In this document: positions 23,099 through 32,915 of the stretch, in pieces
Layout: each line of letters opens with the position of its first letter
Numbering within the stretch: position 1 is the first letter of the stretch
NCBI GenBank assembly: GCA_964626105.1
Contig: CAZVCM010000001.1
Span: forward strand, 1-41,848
DNA length: 41,848 bases
Origin: an uncultured Thermoflexus sp.
GTDB taxonomy: Bacteria; Chloroflexota; Anaerolineae; Aggregatilineales; Aggregatilineaceae
Direction: 5' to 3'
Translations under genes and position numbers: made by a program
The notes under the pieces: generated by a model
Database searches by the model: none
Told to the model about the DNA's origin: nothing
Seen by the model: the letters and a program-made list of their open reading frames with translations, nothing else

Positions 23099-23596
23099 AA
23101 AGCGAGCGTGTCCTTCAGGCGTGCGGAGTTCCGCGCGGGTGCTGCGCACAACGGTGGCCTGTCGCGCGCAAGACTAGTGTGTGCGCTAATGGTAGCGTAG
23201 AACTAGGGCGCGCGCCGCATTTTGACCAGGTGAAATCGCGCCCAGATCGTGTTGGTAGCACAAAGTTTCTTTATGTCATACAATGGGGATGCTGGCCGCT
23301 TCATTCACCTCTTCGCAGCCGTGTTTCTTGGCCAGCAAGTAACAAAAGTTTACGCGCATTTTGTTTTGTTTTTACGCGTGTGTGGTAAAAGCTCGCAGAG
23401 GCATGGCAATTGAATCCCTGCATTGGCCGTTGACAACTCGAAAGGAGGGCGTACTGACTGAGGACTAACCTTTGGTCAACGGAAGGTTGCGAGTAGCCGT
23501 GTCGTTTTTGCGCGAGAGTCGTGGGGAGTCTTATTCGCGTGATGTTTGAGCATCCCCTCGCTGCGCACTGTACCCACTCTCTTGAAGGAGACAGAA

Positions 23597-24949
23597 ATGA
23601 AGAGACTAGTATTTCTTGCGGTCATGCTGGCTCTGGTCGTGACGCTGGCGGTGCCTATGGGCGCTACCAAGGCGCAGGACCCGGTTCCGATCGATGTCTG
23701 GATCGCGTTCAGCGACTATCGCCTGGACTGGACCAAGGAAGTTGCCGAAGAGTTCAACGCCTTGTTCCCCGAATACCAGGTGAACATCGTTGGCGGCATG
23801 AGCTACGAGGAGATGTTTGCCCAGGTCTCGGTGGCAGCGGAGCAGAATGCGCTGCCCGGCGTGATCCACTTTAATGAGGCGAGCACGCAGGACGCCCGCG
23901 ACAGCGGGAACTTCAAGCCGATCGCTGCGTTGTTGGGCGACCGCACTGAGGTCAACGGGCTGCCGGTTGGTTTCGATGACATCATCGAACCGACGACCGC
24001 TTACTACACCCTTGACGGCAATTGGACCAGTTTCCCGTGGAACACGTCCTCGGCGATCTGGTTTTCGAACATGAACTTCCTCAACGCGGCGGGCTTCGAC
24101 ACGCCGCCTACAACCTGGGCGGAAGTTGACGAATACTGCGCCGCCATTATGGCGCTGGAGGACGCGCCCCAGTACTGCTGGACTTTCCCCAACTACGGCT
24201 GGTTCTTCGAGCAGTGGCTGGCGCAGCAAGACGCGCTGTTCGTCAACAACGACAATGGCCGCTCTGACCGTGCGACCGAGGTCGCCTTCAACAGCGACGC
24301 CGGGGTGGCGATCTTTAACTGGTGGGACGATCAGTACGACAAGGGCTACCTGTACTACAGCGGTGCGCAGGGTGGCGATTCCTGGGGCACTATCGACCAG
24401 GCGTACCAGACCCAGAGCGTCGCGATGGCGGCCTACAGCAGTTCGGATACCACGCTCTACACCAACATGGGCCTGGAGAACGGCTTCACGACCGTCGCGT
24501 CCTTCCTGCCCTACAACCAGGAAACCGGTTGGACCGGTAACCTGATCGGCGGTGGGTCGCTGTGGCTAGTCGACGGCCTCGCCCCAGAGGTGGAAGAGGG
24601 CGCGCTCGCGTTCATGGTCTACCTCAGCCAGCCGGAGAACGATATGGCCTGGCACAAGCTGACGGGCTACATCGCCATCCGCGAGAGCTCGAACCAGATG
24701 CTCGAGGAAGAGGGCTGGTTCGAAGAGTGGCCCAACCAGACGGTGGCGATGCAGCAGTTGGCGCAGAGCACCGTCACGCCGGCGACCAGTGGTGCGTTGG
24801 TGGGCGGCTTCCCGGCCATCCGTAACGCTGTGACGGGCGCGACTGACCGGCTGTTGTTGACCGACGAGGATCCGGCGGCGCTGCTCGATCAGGCCGCGTC
24901 CGAAGCGAACGTGATCATCGAGGAGTACAATCTGCTCAGCGCCCCGTAA
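23597..24949 (+). CDS. ABC transporter extracellular solute-binding protein (carbohydrate, family 1)
   Basis: ATG 23597 follows AAGGAG. The signal peptide is MKRLVFLAVMLALVVTLAVPMGA. It is followed by two MalF/MalG-type permease genes. Confidence 0.8.
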   Translation: MKRLVFLAVMLALVVTLAVPMGATKAQDPVPIDVWIAFSDYRLDWTKEVAEEFNALFPEYQVNIVGGMSYEEMFAQVSVAAEQNALPGVIHFNEASTQDARDSGNFKPIAALLGDRTEVNGLPVGFDDIIEPTTAYYTLDGNWTSFPWNTSSAIWFSNMNFLNAAGFDTPPTTWAEVDEYCAAIMALEDAPQYCWTFPNYGWFFEQWLAQQDALFVNNDNGRSDRATEVAFNSDAGVAIFNWWDDQYDKGYLYYSGAQGGDSWGTIDQAYQTQSVAMAAYSSSDTTLYTNMGLENGFTTVASFLPYNQETGWTGNLIGGGSLWLVDGLAPEVEEGALAFMVYLSQPENDMAWHKLTGYIAIRESSNQMLEEEGWFEEWPNQTVAMQQLAQSTVTPATSGALVGGFPAIRNAVTGATDRLLLTDEDPAALLDQAASEANVIIEEYNLLSAP

Positions 24950-25035
24950 TCGGTGGTGGTACACCTCGGAGTATACAGGTGGGGGCAGCCCTTGCCCCCA
25001 CCTCTGCTATCTCACCGGAACTTGAGGGATTTGTT

Positions 25036-26238
25036 ATGATTATCGCTCCACTACTTTTGGTCCTGGCTGGTGCCATCGTGGGGGCCGTCGTGGTCGGCTA
25101 CATCTTCTCACGCGCAGCCCACCGCGGCCTGTTAGGCGCCGTGATCGGAGCGGGCGCGGGCGCGCTCGGCTCGCTGATCTTCATGGTCCCGCTCGACTAC
25201 TGCACGTTTGAGGCCGAGCGCAAGACGATCGATGCGATCTTCGGCGGGGTGCTGGTCGGGCTGGGCGTGCTGTTGGTGGTGGCGCCGGTCGCATGGCTGG
25301 GCTGGAAGCTGCTGCGTCGTGAGAGCCTGATCTCGGCCACGGCCCAACCCACACAGGGCACCTTTCGCCACTGGTGGATCGCACTTCCGTTTCTCGCTCC
25401 AACACTTACCATTCTCCTCGTGTTTCTGTATTATCCCTCGCTCGAAACGCTGCGGCTCTCGACTATGCTGTCGCGGCTGGGGGCGCGGCGCGAAGCGTTT
25501 GTCTGCGTGGACAACTATACGCGGCTGGTTGAAGGCAGCGCCTATCTCGACGTGGTGGCGCGCACCGTCTATATGTCCTTCTTCATCGTAGTGCTGAGCA
25601 TGGCGATCGGGCTGCTAATCGCGACAATGGCCTACCTGCCGGTCAAGGGCGCGTCGATCTACCGCACGCTGCTGGTCTGGCCCTATGCCATCTCTCCAGC
25701 GGTGGCCGGTATTATCTTTCTGCTGATGTTCAACCCGACGGGCGGCATCATCAACTACCTGCTTTACGACTGGTTTGGCGTGCGGCCGGGGTGGCTCAAT
25801 GACCCTAACCTGGCCCCGTGGACGATCATTATTTCGAGCGTCTGGAAGTCTATCGGGTTCAATATTCTGTTCTACATCGCGGCGTTGCAAAATGTGCCGG
25901 TCGATCTAATCGAGGCGGGAGCGATTGACGGCGCGGGCTTGCTGAGGCGATTCTGGCATATCGTTTGGCCGCTGCTTTCGCCGACAACTTTCTTTTTGCT
26001 TATCACCAACTTGACCTACGCCTTCTTTGACACTTTCGCTACCATCGACTACTTGACGCCGGGCGGCGGGCCGCTGCAATCCACCACGACCATGATGTAC
26101 CAGGTCATCCGCGTGGGCGTGAATAACAACGACCTCGGCAAAGCGGCGGCACAGTCGGTGGTGTTGTTCCTGATGGTGATTGGCATCACAATAATGTCGT
26201 TCCGCACGGGCGGGCGCCAGGTCACCTACGGAGCGTAA
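25036..26238 (+). CDS. Carbohydrate ABC transporter permease (MalF/UgpA-like) with an N-terminal transmembrane extension
   Basis: The EAA-like loop reads IEAGAIDGAGLLRRFWHIVWPLL. ATG 25036 lies 6 nt after GAGGGA; the ORF opens at GTG 24979. Confidence 0.8.
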   Translation: MIIAPLLLVLAGAIVGAVVVGYIFSRAAHRGLLGAVIGAGAGALGSLIFMVPLDYCTFEAERKTIDAIFGGVLVGLGVLLVVAPVAWLGWKLLRRESLISATAQPTQGTFRHWWIALPFLAPTLTILLVFLYYPSLETLRLSTMLSRLGARREAFVCVDNYTRLVEGSAYLDVVARTVYMSFFIVVLSMAIGLLIATMAYLPVKGASIYRTLLVWPYAISPAVAGIIFLLMFNPTGGIINYLLYDWFGVRPGWLNDPNLAPWTIIISSVWKSIGFNILFYIAALQNVPVDLIEAGAIDGAGLLRRFWHIVWPLLSPTTFFLLITNLTYAFFDTFATIDYLTPGGGPLQSTTTMMYQVIRVGVNNNDLGKAAAQSVVLFLMVIGITIMSFRTGGRQVTYGA

Positions 26239-26241
26239 GCC

Positions 26242-27123
26242 ATGACGAGACTCACTCAACCCGCGACCGCAACTCGGGACAACGCCTTCTCGCTGCGTCG
26301 CACGCTGCGTGGCTGGATTCCGAAGCGGTGGTATGCCCACGTCATTCTGTCGATCTCATGTCTGGTGCTCGGCATCCCGCTGTTCTATTCGATCATCGTC
26401 GCCACGCAGAACAACGCGGACGTTTACAGCTACCAGTTCACCTTCGGGGATTCGCTGCGCGATAATTGGACGATGGCGTTTGAGATGCGCGGCCTGCACA
26501 CCTACATGCTCAACAGTGTGATCATGACTGTGGCAATCACGGTGGGCAAGACGGTGTTCTCGCTGCTGGCCGGACTGGCGTTCGTCTACTTCCGCTTTCC
26601 GGGCAAGTGGCTGGTGTTCGGTTTTGTGCTGATCACGCTGATGATGCCGACGGAGGTGTTTATTATCGCCCTGTTCCGCTACATCAATCGGATCGGGTGG
26701 GCGAACACCTATCTGGCGCTGGTCGTGCCGTTCCTGGCGAGCGCGACGGGGGCCTTTTTGTTTCGACAACATTTCGCCAGCATCCCACCGGAGCTGTCGG
26801 AAGCGGCGCAGCTTGACGGCGCGAACCCGTTGCAGTTTCTGATGCGCGTGCTTGTCCCGATGAGCTGGAACACGATCGGGGCGCTGGCGGTGGTGCAATC
26901 CATCTACGCCTGGAACATGTACACGTGGCCCAACATGATCATCTCTGATCCAAAACTGGACGTAGTCCAGGTGGGCCTTAACGCGCTCCGCACCGGAGAT
27001 GCCTCGACCCAGTACGGGCCGCTGATGCTCGGCGCCGTCATCGCCAGCCTTCCACCGGTGATCATCTTCATCCTGCTGCAGAAGCAGTTCATGAGTGGTT
27101 TTACCCTCACGCGAGACAAATAA
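26242..27123 (+). CDS. Carbohydrate ABC transporter permease (MalG/UgpE-like)
   Basis: The EAA loop reads SEAAQLDGANPLQFLMRVLVPM. Six hydrophobic segments are present. The gap after the preceding permease is 3 nt. Confidence 0.85.
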   Translation: MTRLTQPATATRDNAFSLRRTLRGWIPKRWYAHVILSISCLVLGIPLFYSIIVATQNNADVYSYQFTFGDSLRDNWTMAFEMRGLHTYMLNSVIMTVAITVGKTVFSLLAGLAFVYFRFPGKWLVFGFVLITLMMPTEVFIIALFRYINRIGWANTYLALVVPFLASATGAFLFRQHFASIPPELSEAAQLDGANPLQFLMRVLVPMSWNTIGALAVVQSIYAWNMYTWPNMIISDPKLDVVQVGLNALRTGDASTQYGPLMLGAVIASLPPVIIFILLQKQFMSGFTLTRDK

Positions 27124-27138
27124 CCCGCCACGTTTGAC

Positions 27139-27185
27139 GGGGCGGTCTCTATTCGTTCAGTAAGAGACCGCCCCTTGTGCATTTT
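27139..27185 (+). terminator. Strong intrinsic terminator after the sugar ABC operon
   Basis: GGGGCGGTCTCT (27139-27150) pairs perfectly with AGAGACCGCCCC (27163-27174) across a 12-nt loop. TTGTGCATTTT follows. Confidence 0.7.
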
Positions 27186-27282
27186 ACACAAGACGGTCAT
27201 TCGGTTTCCTCTGCTGAATTCGGTATTGTTGCCGCCACTGGGGCTCGGCGCGCGGCCTGCGCTAGTGTGTAAGTTCCTCGGT

Positions 27283-27312
27283 TTGACAAAAGTTGATTGC
27301 AGTTGCTACGAT
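27283..27312 (+). promoter_or_regulatory. Promoter candidate for the Liv-type ABC operon
   Basis: TTGACA (27283-27288), 18-nt spacer, TACGAT (27307-27312). This implies a leader of about 275 nt before ATG 27593. Confidence 0.35.
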
Positions 27313-27592
27313 TTGCCATGATTGGTCCGTTGGGGCTCAGATAGCTGAGTCGCTTAGACGTACTTACCCGCGCGAGGCCGTTCCAGCACCCGGCTTTGGC
27401 GCGGATTATGCCGATCGAGGCAACAGGACGTGAGAAGGAGGGAAACAGGACACTTGGAAAGGATGGACCGCTAGGACAGAACGCCTAACTCCCCGTACGG
27501 TTGCTGGCGTGGTGCCAGGAACCAGCAGCAAAGCACAGGCTTTCGATCCGGCAATCCGATGAGACAGGTCTAACACAAGGAGAGAGCACGTC

Positions 27593-28819
27593 ATGCACCG
27601 CATAAAATCCGTTCGTTTTGTGCTGTTAATCGCACTGCTGCTCACTGCACTCACCCCCGCGTACGCGCAGGATGATGCGAGCGTCGTGGTTTACGAGCCG
27701 GGCGAGTCGATCAGGATCGCGGTTGTTACGGACCTGACCGGTCCGATCGCGGAAATGGGGCTCGACATTCAGCAGGCCGCCGAGATCGCGCTCATGGAGG
27801 TGAATGAAGCGGGCGGGATCCAGGGCTTCCCGGTGGAGTTCGTGGTCGAGGACGACCGCTGCTCCGGTGACGAAGGCACGCTGGTTGCGAACCGTATCGC
27901 CTCCGACGAGCAGATCGTGGCAGTTCTGGGCCACGCGTGCTCTGGCGCGACAATCGCGGGCTCGGACGTGTACGAAGAAGCCCGCATCCCGATGATGTCT
28001 CCCAGCGCGACCGCCGCTCTGGTGACCGAGCGCGGCCTCGAGGTGGTGAACCGCGTAGCGTTCCGTGATGACGTTCAGGGGACAGTTGACGCGCACTACA
28101 TGTACAAGATTCTGGGCGTGCGCCGTATCGCGGTGCTGCACGACAACGACTCGTACGGCCTGGGTCTGGCCGAAGTCGTCCGCGACACCTTCACGGAACT
28201 TGGTGGTGAAGTTGTTGGTTTTGAGGGCATCAACGTTGATGACCAGGACTACCGCTCGGTGCTGACTCCGCTGGCTGCTTCCTCGCCAGAAGCGATCTTC
28301 TTCGGCGGGTATCAGCAGCAGGCGGTGCTGCTCGTCAGCCAGATGCAGGATGTCGGCCTCGGTGACGTGATCTTCTTCAGCGATGACGGCGTCTACGCGG
28401 ATGTCTTCATCGCGGGGGCGGGCGCCGCCGCTGAGGGCGTCTACGTCAGCTTCGTGGAAGAGGCGGAAGCCAGCGTCGAGGCGAACGAGGAGTTCAATGA
28501 GACGTACCGCGAGATGTTCGGCGTCTATCCCGAGCAGCAGGGGCCGTTCCACGCGCACTCGTATGACTCCGCGTGGATCGTCTTCAACGCGCTGAATGAG
28601 GTCGCCGAGGTGGACGACGATGGCAATCTGGTCGTCGACCGTGAAGCGCTGATCGAGGCGATCCGCGGCACAGAAGAATACGAGGGCCTGACCGGCACGC
28701 TGAGCTGCGACGAGATGGGTGACTGCGGCGCGGGCTCGATCGGCATTAACCTGGTCGAGGATGGCGAGTGGGTCGCGGTGGAAGTGCCGGAAGACCTGCT
28801 TGAAATGGAAGCGGAGTAA
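27593..28819 (+). CDS. Branched-chain amino acid ABC transporter substrate-binding protein (LivJ/LivK-like, type I periplasmic binding fold)
   Basis: The signal peptide is followed by IRIAVVTDLTGPIAEMGLDIQQAAEIALMEVNEAGGI. RIAVLHDNDSYG is present. LivHMGF-type genes follow. Confidence 0.85.
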   Translation: MHRIKSVRFVLLIALLLTALTPAYAQDDASVVVYEPGESIRIAVVTDLTGPIAEMGLDIQQAAEIALMEVNEAGGIQGFPVEFVVEDDRCSGDEGTLVANRIASDEQIVAVLGHACSGATIAGSDVYEEARIPMMSPSATAALVTERGLEVVNRVAFRDDVQGTVDAHYMYKILGVRRIAVLHDNDSYGLGLAEVVRDTFTELGGEVVGFEGINVDDQDYRSVLTPLAASSPEAIFFGGYQQQAVLLVSQMQDVGLGDVIFFSDDGVYADVFIAGAGAAAEGVYVSFVEEAEASVEANEEFNETYREMFGVYPEQQGPFHAHSYDSAWIVFNALNEVAEVDDDGNLVVDREALIEAIRGTEEYEGLTGTLSCDEMGDCGAGSIGINLVEDGEWVAVEVPEDLLEMEAE

Positions 28820-29004
28820 TTCGCTAGAATAGGCGGCAGGCGCCTGCGGGCGTCTTTCGCGCGCAAGGTGTGCCGCCAGCGTCAGGCGAGCTTTTCGGCG
28901 CTGGCGGCACATTCACAACAATGTTTTGAGACAACTGCGGTGGCTCGATAAACTGCCCCTCGCTTGTGGCGCTGAGCCTGTGCACGATCGGGACGGAGAA
29001 GAGA

Positions 29005-30549
29005 ATGGCACAAGTCACACAGGCCCGCTGGCAAAATCGTCTGGACCTCGACTACGATCATCTCAGCGGGCGATATTTCGGGATTGGCGCGCTGCTGGCG
29101 ACGATCCGGATGCTGTGGGTGATCGCCCGAACGTCGGGCGTGCTCGGCTCTCCTCCTGCTCTCGCGCTCTCCGACATCGAATCCGCGCTCGGCGCCGGGC
29201 TGTGGGTGTACGCGGGCCTCGGCCTTGTCGCCCTGATCGCCATCCTCTACAACCGGTCGCAGCGCGAGCAGAATATTTCATCATCCCGGCTGATCATCAA
29301 TTACGCAGGTGTTGTCTTCTTTTTGTTGCTCTCGGTTCGCGTGCAGGCGGTCGTGCAAGCCCAGGGCTATCCGATCGCGGTGTGGGGCCTGCAGCTTACT
29401 AACGGGCTGGTGCTGGGCGGCGTGTACGCGCTGGTGGCGCTTGGCTACACGCTGGTCTACGGCATCCTGTTTATGATTAACTTCGCGCATGGCGAGGTGC
29501 TGGTGCTGGGCACCTATGGCGGTTATTTCGCGCTCACGTACCTGATGGACCTCGGCGGCGGCACATTTGAAGTCGGCGCGGCGCAGGTCGCGGGCGTGCT
29601 GTTGCCGCTGATTACCGCGGTCTTGTTCCTGCCGCTGGAACTGCTGGTTTCGCGCGGCGGGCGCGAGCGTACGAGTGGCGCCGAGGTCAGCCCGACCTGG
29701 CTGCTGACGCTCTCGACGCTACCGGTGCGGTTTATTGTCGGCGGGCTGGTCGGGTTTGGCTTGCTCCAGGCGTTGGGCGGCTTTTCGCCACAGTTGTACC
29801 GCATCGTGATCACAGTGCTGGGGCTGCTGTTTATTGTCGCCGCCGGGATGCTGACCTCGATGCTGGTGTCGATTGGGCTGGAGCGCGTTGCGTATCGCCC
29901 GCTGCGCGGCGCGCCACGTCTGACGCCGCTTATCAGCGCGATCGGCGCGTCGTTCTTCTTGCAGCAAGCGATGCTCAACATCTTCGGGCCGACTCAACGA
30001 TTCTACGTGCGTCCGGCGCTGATTGACGGAACCTTTCCGATCCGGTTGGGCGATCTGGGTGTGATCCCGGTGACAAAGACTGGCGTGATCATCGTGGTCG
30101 TGTCGATCCTGCTGATGGCGCTGCTCTACACCTTCGTCCAGCGCTCGAAGACGGGCCGCGCGATGCGCTCTGTTGCCGAGGACAAGGATACCGCAGCGCT
30201 GATGGGCGTGGATGTTGACCAGGTTATCGTCATCACTTTCGCGATCGGCGCGCTGCTGGCAGGCGCGGCAGGTGTGATGATGGGCTTCCACAACCTGTCG
30301 TTTAACTTCCGCACGGGCTTCATTCCCGGCTTGAAGGCGTTTACAGCGGCGGTGCTTGGCGGCATCGGCAACATCCCCGGCGCGATGTTTGGCGGTTTCT
30401 TCCTGGGGCTGGTGGAGGCGCTGGGGCCAACCATGCTCGGCATCCCGACCGAATACAAGGATGTGATCGCATTTGGTCTGCTGGTGCTGGTGTTGATCTT
30501 CCGCCCGACCGGCATCTTCGGTGAAGTGCTTTCGGAAAAGAAGGTCTAG
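29005..30549 (+). CDS. Branched-chain amino acid ABC transporter permease (LivH-like) with N-terminal extension and internal insertion
   Basis: The core starts near LTNGLVLGGVYALVALGYTLVYGILFMINFAHGE and ends with ...LVLIFRPTGIFG. ATG 29005 follows GGAGAAGAG; the ORF opens at GTG 28966. Confidence 0.8.
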   Translation: MAQVTQARWQNRLDLDYDHLSGRYFGIGALLATIRMLWVIARTSGVLGSPPALALSDIESALGAGLWVYAGLGLVALIAILYNRSQREQNISSSRLIINYAGVVFFLLLSVRVQAVVQAQGYPIAVWGLQLTNGLVLGGVYALVALGYTLVYGILFMINFAHGEVLVLGTYGGYFALTYLMDLGGGTFEVGAAQVAGVLLPLITAVLFLPLELLVSRGGRERTSGAEVSPTWLLTLSTLPVRFIVGGLVGFGLLQALGGFSPQLYRIVITVLGLLFIVAAGMLTSMLVSIGLERVAYRPLRGAPRLTPLISAIGASFFLQQAMLNIFGPTQRFYVRPALIDGTFPIRLGDLGVIPVTKTGVIIVVVSILLMALLYTFVQRSKTGRAMRSVAEDKDTAALMGVDVDQVIVITFAIGALLAGAAGVMMGFHNLSFNFRTGFIPGLKAFTAAVLGGIGNIPGAMFGGFFLGLVEALGPTMLGIPTEYKDVIAFGLLVLVLIFRPTGIFGEVLSEKKV

Positions 30550-30551
30550 CC

Positions 30552-32915
30552 ATGTTGCGAAATCGCTTGCGGGGCATTTCCGAGGAACTGCGCGAGGGTC
30601 TGAGCGCCGGATTCGTGGCTGGCGTGGTGCTACTCTTTCTGGTGCTGATCGGTATCCCGGTGCGGCTTGAGAACCTGGCGATGTTCTCGCTACTAGTGAC
30701 GGTCGCGATCTTCGGCGTGCGGATCGGGCGCAAGCTGCGCGACGAGGGGCTGAGCACGGTGTTGAGCAACGCGCTGGTGGCCGGATTAGTCGCGGGCGTG
30801 ATGGTTCTGCTGCTGATGGCGCTGGTCAATCGCTGGCACACGCGCGGCATCGACGTGAAGCGCTATTTAGACGCTGTGACCGAGCAAACGGTCACGGTGC
30901 TCTCCGGCGTGCCGGCTGAAGAACTGCACGCCAACCCGCCCATCGACCCGCTGACTGGCGAGTATGTCGAAGGGCGCCCGCTACGCACCGATCCCTTCCG
31001 TCTGACGTTCAATGAAGAAACCGGCCTGCGCCTGAAATTCGGCATGACGGGCGAGGCAGCGCTCGACGTCAACCTGGTCATCGGCGGGCTGTACGGCTTC
31101 TTGCTGATTGTGATGCTCCTGTTTGCGGGTGCGGCGGTGGCAGCCTGGGCGTGGGTCACGGCTGATCTGGGTCGTTACCGGCGGCGGGCCAGCGCCGGAT
31201 TGGTGGGCAATCCGCTGGCGAGGTGGGCAGTGCTTCTGCTGCCCGTGATTTTCTTCGGGCTGTTCTGGCTGACCGAGGGGCAGGGCGTCGTTGACCCGGT
31301 GTTTCGCATTCGCCCCGGCGAGCGCGAAGTGCAGCTTCTGATCACGTTCCTGATCATTCTGTGGACGATGGTCGCGATGCGCACCGCCGAATCAAATGAC
31401 TGGGGGTTGGGCTATCGAGCGCGGGTAGGCGCGGTGGTGGTCGGAGTCGCGCTGATCCTGTTGGTTGGCGTGGGCCGCATTACTGGCAACGACTCGACGT
31501 TCATCGCGGCGCCAGGTGATGAACGTGGCAACCAGACGCTTAGCGCGGTCGTGCTGGCCGCGGCGGGGCTGCTGGTGGTGGCGCAGAGCGCGTTTGCGTT
31601 GCGCGCGCCGGGTCGTTTCGAGCGCCAGTTCTCGCTGGCGACCTCGCTCGCGGTGCTGCTGATCCTGCCGCTCTACCTGGACCAGTACCAGACGGACGTG
31701 ATGACGCTGGTCGGGATCAACATCATGCTTGGCCTGGGCCTCAACATCGTCGTGGGGTACGCGGGCCTGCTGGACCTCGGCTACGTTGCGTTCTTCGCGC
31801 TGGGCGCGTATACCTACGCGTTCCTGTCGTCCAATCAGCTTGTCTACGACTCCGATAACCAGCCGACCGGTCTGAAGTTCGCCGGAAACGACGAGGCGGT
31901 GATTCGCATGGCGGGCTGGCTGACGGTCACCGTGATCGTGGCGGTGGTGGTGATCGCTGCCGGGCTGTGGTGGTGGCGTCGCGCGCAGGCGGCGCGCGCC
32001 CGAGCTCATGTGGATCGTCCTCCTTTGCTCAATACACCGCCGCGCCCATCGTTGGGGCAGTCAGCGCTGTTGGTGGCGCTGGCGGTCGGCACCAGCGCGA
32101 TCGTCGCGATGCTGCTCGACGGCTCGTCGCTGTACGAGAACATCTTCTCCGGCGCATCGCCGTTCCTGGTCGGGCTTGTGGCGGGGATTCTCGTGGCGGG
32201 GATCGCGGGTATCCTGCTCGGCATCCCGGTGCTGCGGCTGCGGGGCGACTATCTGGCGATCGTCACGCTCGGCTTTGGCGAGATCATTCGCTTACTGTTC
32301 AACAATCTGCGAGATTTCACCGGCGGGCCGCAGGGTGTTTTGCAGATTCCGCGCCCGCTGCCAGAGGGGATTTCCGGCCCGGCAACGTATCTTTCGCTGC
32401 TGTATCTTGTCTTGTTGGGCGCAGCATTGATCGCGTTCTTCTCAGCGCGGCTGAAGCTGTCCCGCACCGGGCGCGCGTGGAGTGCGATGAAAAGTGACGA
32501 GAAGATCGCGCAGTCGATGGGCGTCAACCTCATTCAGTCGAAGCTGACGGCGTTCGCGATTGGCGCGGCGTTCGCGGGCATCGGTGGCGTGCTATTTGCT
32601 GCCCGCCAGCGGAACATTTTCCCTGGTGACTTCCGGCTAGATGTCTCGATTGAGGTGCTCAGCCTGGTAATCATCGGTGGAATGGGCAGCATCCCTGGCG
32701 TGATCATGGGTGCGATCGTGCTGATCGGGCTGCCCGAGGTGCTGCGCGAGCTGTCAACCTATCGTATTCTGGTGTTCGGCGCGCTGTTGGTGGCGATGGT
32801 GATCATCCGCCCGCGCGGCCTGCTGCCAGAGCCGCCTACCGAGCTTTCCGATCGCGCGCGACGGCTGTCCGGCGCGCCGCCTTTGCAGCCAGAGCAGGAG
32901 GTTGAAGCACAATGA
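30552..32915 (+). CDS. Branched-chain amino acid ABC transporter permease (LivM-like) with an N-terminal multi-helix extension of about 370 aa
   Basis: The LivM core reads INIMLGLGLNIVVGYAGLLDLGYVAFFALGAYTYAF ... LRLRGDYLAIVTLGFGEI ... It is 787 aa in total. The start is 2 nt after the upstream stop. Confidence 0.8.
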   Translation: MLRNRLRGISEELREGLSAGFVAGVVLLFLVLIGIPVRLENLAMFSLLVTVAIFGVRIGRKLRDEGLSTVLSNALVAGLVAGVMVLLLMALVNRWHTRGIDVKRYLDAVTEQTVTVLSGVPAEELHANPPIDPLTGEYVEGRPLRTDPFRLTFNEETGLRLKFGMTGEAALDVNLVIGGLYGFLLIVMLLFAGAAVAAWAWVTADLGRYRRRASAGLVGNPLARWAVLLLPVIFFGLFWLTEGQGVVDPVFRIRPGEREVQLLITFLIILWTMVAMRTAESNDWGLGYRARVGAVVVGVALILLVGVGRITGNDSTFIAAPGDERGNQTLSAVVLAAAGLLVVAQSAFALRAPGRFERQFSLATSLAVLLILPLYLDQYQTDVMTLVGINIMLGLGLNIVVGYAGLLDLGYVAFFALGAYTYAFLSSNQLVYDSDNQPTGLKFAGNDEAVIRMAGWLTVTVIVAVVVIAAGLWWWRRAQAARARAHVDRPPLLNTPPRPSLGQSALLVALAVGTSAIVAMLLDGSSLYENIFSGASPFLVGLVAGILVAGIAGILLGIPVLRLRGDYLAIVTLGFGEIIRLLFNNLRDFTGGPQGVLQIPRPLPEGISGPATYLSLLYLVLLGAALIAFFSARLKLSRTGRAWSAMKSDEKIAQSMGVNLIQSKLTAFAIGAAFAGIGGVLFAARQRNIFPGDFRLDVSIEVLSLVIIGGMGSIPGVIMGAIVLIGLPEVLRELSTYRILVFGALLVAMVIIRPRGLLPEPPTELSDRARRLSGAPPLQPEQEVEAQ

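Noticed and set aside
23099-23596. A tRNA or other structured RNA gene in the long intergenic regions (also 27186-27592)
   Set aside because: I found no cloverleaf-compatible arrangement and no conserved T-loop (GTTCGAATC-like) with a matching acceptor stem. Only local hairpins are present. This needs tRNAscan or Infernal to be definitive.
27626-28912. 428-aa minus-strand ORF antisense to the LivJ-like binding protein gene
   Set aside because: The composition is Arg/Ala/His/Val-rich and typical of the mirror frame of a GC-rich gene. No recognisable motifs are present. It is fully overlapped by a + strand gene with clear family signatures.
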